A stretch of 64,000 nt of DNA from Chloroflexota bacterium (GTDB taxonomy: Bacteria; Chloroflexota; Chloroflexia; QHBQ01), in NCBI GenBank assembly GCA_043754535.1, contig JAYUUN010000048.1, positions 1-64,000 on the forward strand, written 5' to 3'. A model generated the notes under the pieces. The model was not told where the DNA came from. It saw only the letters and a list, made by a program, of their open reading frames with translations, and ran no database searches. Both the position numbers and the translations under genes were made by a program. Every line of letters starts with the position of its first letter. The stretch's first letter is position 1. Positions 19,057-27,455 of this stretch are shown here, piece after piece.

Positions 19057-19126
19057 GAACGAATGTTCTACGCAATTATAGCCGATTTTGCTAACTTTGT
19101 CAAGCAATTGCTAGAACCATAGTTCT
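19057..19126 (-). promoter_or_regulatory. Consensus sigma70 promoter flanked by two LexA (SOS) boxes
   Basis: TTGACA(19103-19098)-N17-TATAAT(19080-19075); GAACgaatGTTC at 19057-19068; AGAACcataGTTCT at 19113-19126. Confidence 0.85.
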
Positions 19127-19323
19127 AAAAAGTACAGCTAGATATGATTCGGTGGTTATGTCAAGCCCTTTCCTAGCCCACCTGTGCTTGCCTACGCTAG
19201 CCGCTAGTTGCGCAAGATGGCAAGCAGGGTAAGGTTACAACTTGCAGACGGTGCCAGCAGATAGGCCGCAGAGCAGGGCAGCCGAGTGCGAACCCAGACC
19301 CGCTTTGGTGTATAATAGGCGGG

Positions 19324-19662
19324 ATGAAGCTGCCAACTCTGCTCCAACTTGTTCTCGTTGCTGCCCTCGTGCTACTGCCTACTGTCTGCCTCTGCCAGTT
19401 GTCGCTCGGCCAGACGATGCACCATCACGCCAGCAGGATTGTGCAAGAGGGAGAGCAGGCCGAGGAGATGGCGGCCAATAGCTGCGCTCCTGCTCGTCAC
19501 CACGATGGCGTGGTTGAGAGCGATCCTCTGCTGAGTGCGGTGCTACCCACCCAACAGTTCCTAGCGGTCAGCCCCCACGTTGCCAGAGAGCGGCTAGGGC
19601 CAGCCCCCGCTCCCAGCCAGCAACGCCCCGCCCCAGCCGAACACCCACCGAACGCTACTTGA
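19324..19662 (+). CDS. Small Cys/His-containing protein with a Pro-rich C-terminus (DUF2946/CutF-like leader), probably leaderless
   Basis: Hydrophobic N-terminus, CLC, HHH, C..HH, ends PAPAEHPPNAT; TATAAT at 19311-19316 lies 7 nt before ATG. Confidence 0.55.
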   Translation: MKLPTLLQLVLVAALVLLPTVCLCQLSLGQTMHHHASRIVQEGEQAEEMAANSCAPARHHDGVVESDPLLSAVLPTQQFLAVSPHVARERLGPAPAPSQQRPAPAEHPPNAT

Positions 19663-19708
19663 CTTGAGGCGACCAAACCACATACTAGCTTACAAGAAAG
19701 GTTGAACC

Positions 19709-20290
19709 ATGCAGCGTTCCAACGTAGCGGCCCGCCTGTTGCTGCCCGCTTTCCTCCTCGTTCTCGCTCTCGGCTTGCTGACCAGCAACGCCGCCGCCCA
19801 TGCCCGCCTCCAGAGTGCCAGCCCCAGTGATGGTGAAGTGCTGAGCAGCCAGCCTAGCAGCGTCACTGCCACCTTTGGCGAAGAAACCGCGCTCACTGGC
19901 AGCAAGTTCGAGGTTTACTTCACCCCAACTGGTGGCAGCGAGCAGCGGGCAGATACTGCCAGTAGCCCCGTAGACCCCAACGAGCGTAGCAAAATGAGCG
20001 CGACGCTTAAAAGCGGTCTTGGTGAAGGCAAGTACATCGTGCGCTGGACTACCCTCACCGAAGATGACAACGGCAAGGCCGAGGGCAGCTTCAGCTTTAC
20101 CGTTGCTAGCGGCAGCACGGCCAGTGGGCCAACTGGCAAGACTGGCACCATGCGGGAGCAGGAGTCGACCAGCCCCAGCAGCTTGCCGACAACCGGCGGC
20201 GGCGGCCTGCTCCCCTTTGGTCTGCTTGCGCTAGCGGTATTGGCACTCGGCCTCGCACTGCGCTTGACAGGGCGCAGGGTGATGCGGTAA
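19709..20290 (+). CDS. CopC-family copper-binding protein with an LPTTG sorting signal
   Basis: Signal peptide then AH-ARLQSASP..G..L...P; GKYIVRW..GSFSFTV; LPTTG + TM + RR. Confidence 0.85.
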   Translation: MQRSNVAARLLLPAFLLVLALGLLTSNAAAHARLQSASPSDGEVLSSQPSSVTATFGEETALTGSKFEVYFTPTGGSEQRADTASSPVDPNERSKMSATLKSGLGEGKYIVRWTTLTEDDNGKAEGSFSFTVASGSTASGPTGKTGTMREQESTSPSSLPTTGGGGLLPFGLLALAVLALGLALRLTGRRVMR

Positions 20291-20381
20291 TATAGGAATA
20301 TGACACGCTTTTGCCAGTACCATCAGGCATACGCAGCGGAGTAGCTCGTCCAGGGTCTGGACGGGGAGTGCTTCGCTGCAC

Positions 20382-20410
20382 AAGGGCTAGCCAAACGGCT
20401 GGCCCTTTTC
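20382..20410 (+). terminator. Terminator/attenuator hairpin upstream of the his genes
   Basis: AAGGGCTAGCC-AAAC-GGCTGGCCCTTTTC. Confidence 0.65.
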
Positions 20411-20435
20411 GTTGGCAGCAACCAGGGGAGGCAGG

Positions 20436-21920
20436 ATGATTGCAGAGAGCAGGAAACTAACGCGCCTGAAGGGAATGGTTGACGTGCTGCCAGAGGAGGC
20501 GGAGCGGAGGGCGCACTTGGCGGCTCAGCTTGCGGGCTGCTACGCCCGCGCAGGCTACCTACCGCTGGAGACACCGCTGCTGGAACGTAGCGAACTGCTG
20601 CTGCGGCGAGCGGGTGACCAGTTGGCCGAACGGCTGTACAGCTTTGAGCATCGCGGGCGGCAACTGGCCTTGCGCCCAGAGTTCACCACTGGGGTTGCCC
20701 GCGCCTACATCGAAGGGGGCATGAGCGGCACGCCTACCCGCCTGCGCTACAGCGGCCCAGTATTTCTGGAGAACCCCGGTCGCGGTCGCCCACGCCAATT
20801 CACCCAGGCGGGCTTTGAGTTGATCGGGGCGGCAGGGCCACGAGCGGATGCGGAGGCTTTGACGCTGGCCGCCGCCACCATGGAAGGGCTGCGCGGCTGG
20901 AACATCGAAGTCGGCCACCTGGGGCTAGTCAGCATCTTGCTCGACCAACTCGGCCTCGATCACCAGGCCAGCAGCCTGCTAGTCGCTAACCTCGAAAACC
21001 TCAACCGCCCTGGGCGCAGTCGCCTCTACGTGGAGGAGCGGCTAGCTCCCTTCTACGGCCCCCTATCCGACCCTCCTGCCCTTGAGGCAGCGGCTGGCAG
21101 GGAGCGCATCAGTGGCGAAGCGGCTCTGGCCCTGTTTGCCAGCAGCAATGACGGTGCGCAGGGCGAAGTTTATGACCGGCTGCGGATCAAGATGGGGCGG
21201 CGGCAGCAGAGCGGTCTGGTCGGGCGTGGCCTGGCCCTGCTGGACGAGTTGAGTAAAGCGGCGGGCGAACCCTTCGCTGCGCTGGCGGCGGCACGGGCGA
21301 TCTTGCGCGCCCACGGCCTGGATGGGCGGGGGAGCGTAATCCTGGACGAGCTTGAGCGTACCTTCAATATCGCAGCTGGGGGAGTGCCGCTGGAGCGCGT
21401 GCGCCTCAACCTGGCCTTTGGCCGTGGCCTCCTCTACTACACTGGTATCCTCTTTGAAGTACGCAGCCCCAGTCTACCCGATGATGCGCCGCTCGGTGGA
21501 GGGGGTCGCTACGACGACCTGATCGCCGCCCTTGATGGCCCACCTACCCCTGCCTGCGGCTTCGCCTGCACCCTGGAACGGCTCAGTGCCGCCCTCGTCA
21601 GCGAGAGGGAGCTACCACCACTCAGGTATCATCTCATGGTTGTTCCGCTTGGTAGTGATGATGTGGAGGCGGCTCTACAACTGGCAGCCCGTCTGCGAAA
21701 GATGGGCAAGAGGGTGGAGATGGAGGTGGTAGAACGCAAGCTGGATGCTTCCTTGCGCTATGCTGATCGGGCTAAGATCAGCACTGTCTTCATGATCGGC
21801 CCTGACGAAAGGGCGGGGGGCTACGTCACCTTGCGTGACATGAGTGAACACACGGAGCGACGGATCGCACTAACCAGGCTGGAAACAGTAGACTGGGTGG
21901 GGGATACCAACGATGAATGA
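20436..21920 (+). CDS. hisZ: HisZ/HisRS-like protein (probable ATP phosphoribosyltransferase regulatory subunit retaining an anticodon-binding domain)
   Basis: LRPEFT, RQFTQAG, RGLLYYTG, GGGRYD motifs; motif 2 degenerate (FLEN); overlaps the hisG start. Confidence 0.65.
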   Translation: MIAESRKLTRLKGMVDVLPEEAERRAHLAAQLAGCYARAGYLPLETPLLERSELLLRRAGDQLAERLYSFEHRGRQLALRPEFTTGVARAYIEGGMSGTPTRLRYSGPVFLENPGRGRPRQFTQAGFELIGAAGPRADAEALTLAAATMEGLRGWNIEVGHLGLVSILLDQLGLDHQASSLLVANLENLNRPGRSRLYVEERLAPFYGPLSDPPALEAAAGRERISGEAALALFASSNDGAQGEVYDRLRIKMGRRQQSGLVGRGLALLDELSKAAGEPFAALAAARAILRAHGLDGRGSVILDELERTFNIAAGGVPLERVRLNLAFGRGLLYYTGILFEVRSPSLPDDAPLGGGGRYDDLIAALDGPPTPACGFACTLERLSAALVSERELPPLRYHLMVVPLGSDDVEAALQLAARLRKMGKRVEMEVVERKLDASLRYADRAKISTVFMIGPDERAGGYVTLRDMSEHTERRIALTRLETVDWVGDTNDE

Positions 21921-22965
21921 CAAACAAACCATCCGCATTGCCCTGGCTAGCAAGGGTGAGCTTGAGCAACCCACCCTGGACTTCCTGGCGAAGTGCGGGC
22001 TGGCAGTGAGCAAGACCAACCCACGCCAGTACATCGCCACCATCCCCGCGCTACCGGGGGTCGAGGTGATCTTCCAGCGGCCACCCGACATCGTGACCCT
22101 GGTGCGCGAGGGTGACGCTGACCTGGGCATCACTGGCTACGACCTGGTGGCCGAGGCAATCGGCCTGCTAGACGAGGACATCGAGCCGGGCAAGCTGCGC
22201 GAGGACGGTGATCTGCTGGTCTTGCACGAGGCACTGGGCTACGGCAAGTGCGCCCTGGTGCTGGCGGTACCAGAACAGTGGCTGGACGTGGAGACCACCG
22301 CCGACCTGATCGGGGTAGCAGCCTACACGAGGGAGAAGCACGCCCGCAGCTTGCGGGTCGCCACCAAGTACCCATCCCTGGTGCGGGCCTTCCTCTACCG
22401 CAAGGGTCTGACCAGCTTCAACACAGTGGCGGCCAGCGGCGCGCTAGAGGCGGCCCCCACCACTGGCATCGCCGACCTGATCGCCGACATCTCGGCCAGT
22501 GGCACGACGCTGCGCGAGAACCGCCTACGCGTGTTGCCTGACGGCACGGTAGTCAAGGCGCAGGCGGTATTGATCGGCAACAAGCGCAATCTACGCCAAC
22601 ACGAGCAGGCGTTGGCCGCCGCCTGCACCATGCTGGAACTGATCGAGGCTTACCAGAAGGCGCGCCAGTACACCACACTGACGGCCAACCTTGCGGCAGA
22701 GTCGGCCTCGGCGGCAGCGGCAGCGATCAGCAGCCTGCCCGACTGTGGTGGGCTACTCGGCCCCACCGTTAGCTCCGTCTACCAACAAGCAGGTGGCAGC
22801 ACCTGGTACACTGCTAGCATTGTGATCGAGAGCAGCAAGCTGGTCGCTGCTGTGCAGCAGCTACGCTCGGTTGGCAGCCACAGCATCACGGCAGCCCCTG
22901 TCGGCTACCTGTTTGGCGAGAGTAGCCCGCTGGTCGAACGCCTGCTGGCGCGCGTGAAGAAGTGA
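21913..22965 (+). CDS. hisG: ATP phosphoribosyltransferase (long form)
   Basis: IALASKGEL, DLGITGYD, ATKYP, GALEAAP, ADI..SGTTLREN; C-terminal HisG_C (GPTVS). Confidence 0.95.
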   Translation: MNDKQTIRIALASKGELEQPTLDFLAKCGLAVSKTNPRQYIATIPALPGVEVIFQRPPDIVTLVREGDADLGITGYDLVAEAIGLLDEDIEPGKLREDGDLLVLHEALGYGKCALVLAVPEQWLDVETTADLIGVAAYTREKHARSLRVATKYPSLVRAFLYRKGLTSFNTVAASGALEAAPTTGIADLIADISASGTTLRENRLRVLPDGTVVKAQAVLIGNKRNLRQHEQALAAACTMLELIEAYQKARQYTTLTANLAAESASAAAAAISSLPDCGGLLGPTVSSVYQQAGGSTWYTASIVIESSKLVAAVQQLRSVGSHSITAAPVGYLFGESSPLVERLLARVKK

Positions 22966-23039
22966 GAGGGTAGCGGCCAAATGTGACCGCTGCTGGGTTA
23001 GCACAAGATGAGGAACAGCACGTCAAAGGCGGGTGGGGT

Positions 23040-23068
23040 TTGACGCTAGGCTGCAAAAAGGGTATAAT
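23040..23068 (+). promoter_or_regulatory. rpmH operon promoter
   Basis: TTGACG-N17-TATAAT. Confidence 0.8.
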
Positions 23069-23171
23069 GTTGTGAAATCGCTTGCGGGTTAGCAGTGCAG
23101 GCTGGGCTAGACCCAGGGTGCCAAACCAGCCGCGAGCCGAACAACCAAGCACACATAGGAGATTTTCATCA

Positions 23172-23315
23172 GTGAAGAGGACTTACCAGCCTAAGAAGAC
23201 CCACCGCCAGCGGCGGCACGGCTTCCTGTCGCGGATGGCGACCAGGGGGGGCCGTGACGTGATTGCCGCCCGCCGCCGCCGAGGCCGTTCCCGGCTTACG
23301 ATCAGCGACAACTAA
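23172..23315 (+). CDS. rpmH: 50S ribosomal protein L34
   Basis: (M)[28 protein letters not shown] before GTG. Confidence 0.97.
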   Translation: MKRTYQPKKTHRQRRHGFLSRMATRGGRDVIAARRRRGRSRLTISDN

Positions 23316-23321
23316 CCTACC

Positions 23322-23687
23322 ATGCTACGGGCTACCCGCCTCAAGCGGGAGGCTGATTTCAACCGGGTGCGCGAGCGAGGGCGTAACTATAGCAACCGCT
23401 ATATTGCCCTCTACGCCCTCCGCAACGAACTTGAGCGTAGTAGAGTGGGCATCGCAGCCGGTAAGAAGTTGGGTAAGGCCCACGTGCGAGTTAGGGTCAA
23501 GCGTCTACTGCGCGAAGCGATCCGCCTGCGCTATGTCCGCATCCAGCCCGGCTGGGACTTGCTACTTGTTGCTCGTGCTGCCTGCGTTGACCAGAAACTA
23601 GCTACCGTTGCCCCTGCTGTCGAAGAAATACTACGCCGCGCTAGCCTGCTTGCCCGCGCCCCAGCCAACCTACAGACCCCAGATTAA
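23322..23687 (+). CDS. rnpA: Ribonuclease P protein component
   Basis: [33 protein letters not shown]; synteny. Confidence 0.95.
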   Translation: MLRATRLKREADFNRVRERGRNYSNRYIALYALRNELERSRVGIAAGKKLGKAHVRVRVKRLLREAIRLRYVRIQPGWDLLLVARAACVDQKLATVAPAVEEILRRASLLARAPANLQTPD

Positions 23688-23715
23688 CAGCCGAACCTGG
23701 CGCAACTGGGCCAAA

Positions 23716-23925
23716 ATGAAACATATTTTTCTCTTGCTTATCAAAGTATACCAGATGACCTTCAGCAAGGTGCTGCCGCCCAGTTGCCGCTTCTATCCAA
23801 GTTGCAGCCACTACGGCTACGAGGCGGTTCAGAAGTATGGCGCGCTGAAGGGGGGTTGGCTGGCGGTTAGGAGAGTCGCTCGCTGCAATCCCTTTCATCC
23901 TGGCGGCTATGACCCCGTGCGCTAG
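23716..23925 (+). CDS. yidD: Membrane protein insertion efficiency factor
   Basis: [23 protein letters not shown]. Confidence 0.95.
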   Translation: MKHIFLLLIKVYQMTFSKVLPPSCRFYPSCSHYGYEAVQKYGALKGGWLAVRRVARCNPFHPGGYDPVR

Positions 23926-23964
23926 CGGCTGCGAGCCAAATGCGCCTTTGAAGGAGTACAATTC

Positions 23965-25116
23965 ATGCCTCATCCCTTTGCTAACGGTATCTTCTTCTTC
24001 GACATCTTCCTCCCCATTGTCAACGGTGCGAAGTGGGTACTTGAGAGCCTCAGCCACCTGACCGGCAACACGGGCATCGCCCTGATCCTCTTTACCATCA
24101 TGCTGCGCCTGCTCACCCTGCCGCTCACGATGAAGTCTATGCGCTCGGCCCTGGTGATGCAAGAGTTGCAACCAATGGTCAAGGAAATCCAGAAGGAGCA
24201 TAAGGGCGACCAGCAGGCGATCATGCAGCAAACCCAGTCGCTCTATGCCCGCTATGGGGCTAGCCAGTTCAGCGGCTGCTTGCCCGCTTTGCTGCAACTG
24301 CCGGTCTTCATCATCCTTAGCTCCGCCGTCAACGCCCTCGCCTATGACTCTGCCTTCCGCGCCACTGGCTTCCTCTGGGTGCCAGACCTCAGCAAGCCCG
24401 ACCCCCTGCACATCCTGCCTGTCCTCTCCGGCCTTGCCCAGTTCGTCTCGGTCAAGATGGCACTGCGGACGGTCAAGGATGCCGACACCCAGGTTAAGCT
24501 GATGAACACCCTCTCCACCACCCTGTTCCCCGCAATGGCCGTGCTGTTCGCCTGGACATGGTTCGCTGGCCCGGTCATCTACTGGGTAACGAACAGTGTG
24601 ATTGCGGCGGTGCAGAGCTACTTCATCAACGGTTGGGGCAGCCTGCGCGAAATCCTACCCTTCCTGCCCACCCGCAAGGTGCGCCGCTCTGTCCTTGTGC
24701 AGCTTAGTGACGACCAGATCGAGGCAAACAAGGCAAAGAAGAAGACTGGCGTGATGAGCAAGATGATCGAGAAGAGCATGGAAGCGAACGCCGAGTCCGA
24801 GCGGCTGAAGGCAGAGCGGGCTGGCGGTGGCAGCACCACCAGCGTCACGCGCCCCAGTGCCAGCCTGCGCCCAAACCCAGCGACCGCAGGGAATGGCAAT
24901 GGTACGGCGGCTCGCAAAACCGCGAAGGTTAGTGGGGGCTACTACTCTGCCCTCAGCGAAGAACTGAAGCGCGAGGCCGCTAGTACGAGCAACGGTAGCA
25001 AAGCCAATGGCACGATGGCTGTCAGCACTAATGGTAGCAGCAATGCCCCGGCCCGCGCCCCGCAACTCAGCTACGACGAGATGATGGCCCGGCGCAACAA
25101 GAAGACCAAGAAGTGA
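23965..25116 (+). CDS. yidC: Membrane protein insertase YidC/Oxa1
   Basis: RLLTLPL, MQELQP, GCLPALLQLP, FLWVPDLSKPDP, IYWVTN; long basic C-terminal tail. Confidence 0.93.
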   Translation: MPHPFANGIFFFDIFLPIVNGAKWVLESLSHLTGNTGIALILFTIMLRLLTLPLTMKSMRSALVMQELQPMVKEIQKEHKGDQQAIMQQTQSLYARYGASQFSGCLPALLQLPVFIILSSAVNALAYDSAFRATGFLWVPDLSKPDPLHILPVLSGLAQFVSVKMALRTVKDADTQVKLMNTLSTTLFPAMAVLFAWTWFAGPVIYWVTNSVIAAVQSYFINGWGSLREILPFLPTRKVRRSVLVQLSDDQIEANKAKKKTGVMSKMIEKSMEANAESERLKAERAGGGSTTSVTRPSASLRPNPATAGNGNGTAARKTAKVSGGYYSALSEELKREAASTSNGSKANGTMAVSTNGSSNAPARAPQLSYDEMMARRNKKTKK

Positions 25117-25262
25117 ACATTCGCGCAGACCTTGCGTGCTGACCGCTAGCCAGAGGGGTATTTCCCTCTGGCTCGTCCTATATCTGGCCGACAGTGGCCC
25201 GCCCTCGTGGGCGTAATCCGACCGTCACCCCGCAGGGTGAGCTAGCGAAGAAGGGGAGAGCT

Positions 25263-26459
25263 ATGTACAGCGTAGAGATTCAGGCGCAGACCGTCGAAGA
25301 AGCCGTCCGCCTGGCGTTGGAGCAGATGGGGCGCACCCGCAATGAGGTTGTCAGCGAGGTACTCAGCCACAGCGAGGATGAGGTACTGGTACGCGTCAGC
25401 GTCAAGCCCGAAATCCTGGCCCGCATCCAGCAGGCGGGGCAGCGGCGCAGCCCATCTGAAGCAACGATGGCCCCCCCTGCTGTCGCCAGCCCGCAACCCG
25501 ACCAGAGCGGCGAGAGCAGTGGGCGGCGTGGCCCAGTCTACAGCGACCCAGAAGCGATCCCCCCCGCTGATGGCCGCTTCGTATCGCAAACAGCCCGCGC
25601 CTATGGTACTGGCCGCAGCCGCGAGGAGCGTAGTGGCTATGGCGACCGCCGTAGCAGCGGTGGCGGTTACGGCGGCAATCGCAGCGGTGGCGGCGGTTAT
25701 GCGGGCAACCGCAGCAGCGGTGGCGGCTATGCGGGCAACCGCAGTAGCAGTGGTGGTGGCTATGGTGGTAGTCGCGGCGGCTACGGTGGGCGCGACAGCG
25801 AACGCAGCGGTGGCTTCAGCCAGCGGTCGGAGAGCTTTGAGCGCGATGTGCGCCAGGCGACCCTGGCCGAGTACGAGAACGAAGGCGCAGTGTTGGCGGG
25901 TGAGACGCTAGAGGACTTGCTCGATCTGCTCAACATCCACGCTAATGTCGCCCAACGCGATCCCAAGCAGGAGACCCCAGAGGGGATGTCCGACGTTCGC
26001 ACCCTGGTACTGGAAGTCTACGAGGTGGAGACCGCCGACAAAGGGCTGCTGATCGGCAAGCGTGGCGAGAACCTCAATGCGCTGCAATTCGTCCTCAATA
26101 TCGTGCTGGGTAAGCGGATGAAGGGATGGGAGCGGGTAATCATTGATGTAGAAGGCTACCGTGTGCGCCGCACCGATCAACTGAGCCGCCTGGCCCAGCG
26201 CATCGCCGAACAGGTGTTGGACACCAACCAGCCCTATGCAATGGAGCCACTGCCGCCAGCCGAGCGGCGCATCATCCACCTTGCCCTGCAAGAGTCGCCC
26301 GATGTGTACACCGAGAGCGAGGGTGAGGGGCGCGAACGCCACGTGGTGGTGATGAAGAAGGGGCCAGACTACGTTGCCAAGCCGAAGCTGAGTGGGCGGA
26401 TCGAGGAGGAGCCGGATGTGGTAGACTACGGCGACCCCAGCGAACTGCTCCAGGATTAG
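25263..26459 (+). CDS. jag: Jag/EloR (KhpB) RNA-binding protein
   Basis: Jag_N (TVEEAVRLALEQM), KH (LLIGKRGENLNALQ), R3H (ERRIIH); follows yidC. Confidence 0.92.
   Translation: MYSVEIQAQTVEEAVRLALEQMGRTRNEVVSEVLSHSEDEVLVRVSVKPEILARIQQAGQRRSPSEATMAPPAVASPQPDQSGESSGRRGPVYSDPEAIPPADGRFVSQTARAYGTGRSREERSGYGDRRSSGGGYGGNRSGGGGYAGNRSSGGGYAGNRSSSGGGYGGSRGGYGGRDSERSGGFSQRSESFERDVRQATLAEYENEGAVLAGETLEDLLDLLNIHANVAQRDPKQETPEGMSDVRTLVLEVYEVETADKGLLIGKRGENLNALQFVLNIVLGKRMKGWERVIIDVEGYRVRRTDQLSRLAQRIAEQVLDTNQPYAMEPLPPAERRIIHLALQESPDVYTESEGEGRERHVVVMKKGPDYVAKPKLSGRIEEEPDVVDYGDPSELLQD
25655..25790 (+). repeat. Tandem GGGY(A/G)GNRS(S) coding repeats in the Jag linker
   Basis: Repeats of GGTGGCGGxTAxGxxGGCAACCGCAGx. 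Confidence 0.8.
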
Positions 26460-26483
26460 CCGCTGCCTGCAAGGAACAACAGT

Positions 26484-27455
26484 GTGGCGATATGGGCTGC
26501 CTCCGAGGAGGAGGCCCTCCGCCTTGCCCTTGAGCAGCTAGGCCGCACTCGCGCCGAGGTAGTTAGCACGGTGCTAGAGCGCACAGAGGATGAGGTGCTG
26601 GTGGCGGTGGCTCTGCGCCCTGCGGTAGCTGCCGCGATCAGCCAGCCACCCACTGCTAGCCCCCACCAAACCGCCAGCCCTTTGCCCAAGCACCAACCCA
26701 GCCCGCCAGTACTAGATGACTTTAGCGACGATTTTGCCCGGCTTGCTGCTGAAACGCTGGAGGATTTGCTCGACCTGCTAGGCGTGGGTGGCGAAGTGAA
26801 GCAGCGCGACCCTGCCAGCCTACCGCCTGGCCTGCTGCCAGAATGCGGCGTGGTGCTGGCTGTCTACGGGGCAGAGCGCGAAGCGGTTGGCCTGCTGATT
26901 GGCCGCTACGGGCAGACGCTCGATGCACTCGAACTGATCCTCAACCAAATCCTGGCCCAGCAGCAGAGTAGCTACAGCGATGTAGTAGTCGATGTGGATG
27001 ACAGCCGCCTGCACCGGGCCGCCCTGCTAACTAGCTCGGTGCGCGAGATGGCGGCTACTGTGCAGCGCAGCGGCGCACCAGCTCACCTCGTTCCCCTCTC
27101 CACCAGTGAGCAGCGCATCGTCCGCACTGTTGTGGGTCAAAGCAACGGCTTGCGCCTGCGCTATGCGGGTGAGGGGAGGGAGCGGCACCTGCTGATCGCC
27201 GCCGCTGGTTCGACCGCTGGCAACTACAAGCCCGCTGAACTAGCAGCCCTCGCGCGGGAACTTGCCCGCGAAGTCGTGCGCAGCGGTCAGCCAGTGGTGA
27301 TGGAGCCGCTACCCGCCAACCAGCGCAAGGTGGTTCACAGCACCCTCCTGCGCCACCCGCTGGTGCAGAGCAAGAGCAGCGGCGGCGGGGTCAACCGCCA
27401 CGTAGTGATCCGCCTGCGAGCGGCCAGCGCGACGAGCGATGAAGAAGGCGAATGA
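26484..27455 (+). CDS. Second Jag-like protein (Jag_N, KH, two R3H-like domains)
   Basis: EEEALRLALEQLGRTRAEVV, LLIGRYGQTLDAL, degenerate R3H (QRIVR) and intact R3H (QRKVVH). Confidence 0.8.
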   Translation: MAIWAASEEEALRLALEQLGRTRAEVVSTVLERTEDEVLVAVALRPAVAAAISQPPTASPHQTASPLPKHQPSPPVLDDFSDDFARLAAETLEDLLDLLGVGGEVKQRDPASLPPGLLPECGVVLAVYGAEREAVGLLIGRYGQTLDALELILNQILAQQQSSYSDVVVDVDDSRLHRAALLTSSVREMAATVQRSGAPAHLVPLSTSEQRIVRTVVGQSNGLRLRYAGEGRERHLLIAAAGSTAGNYKPAELAALARELAREVVRSGQPVVMEPLPANQRKVVHSTLLRHPLVQSKSSGGGVNRHVVIRLRAASATSDEEGE

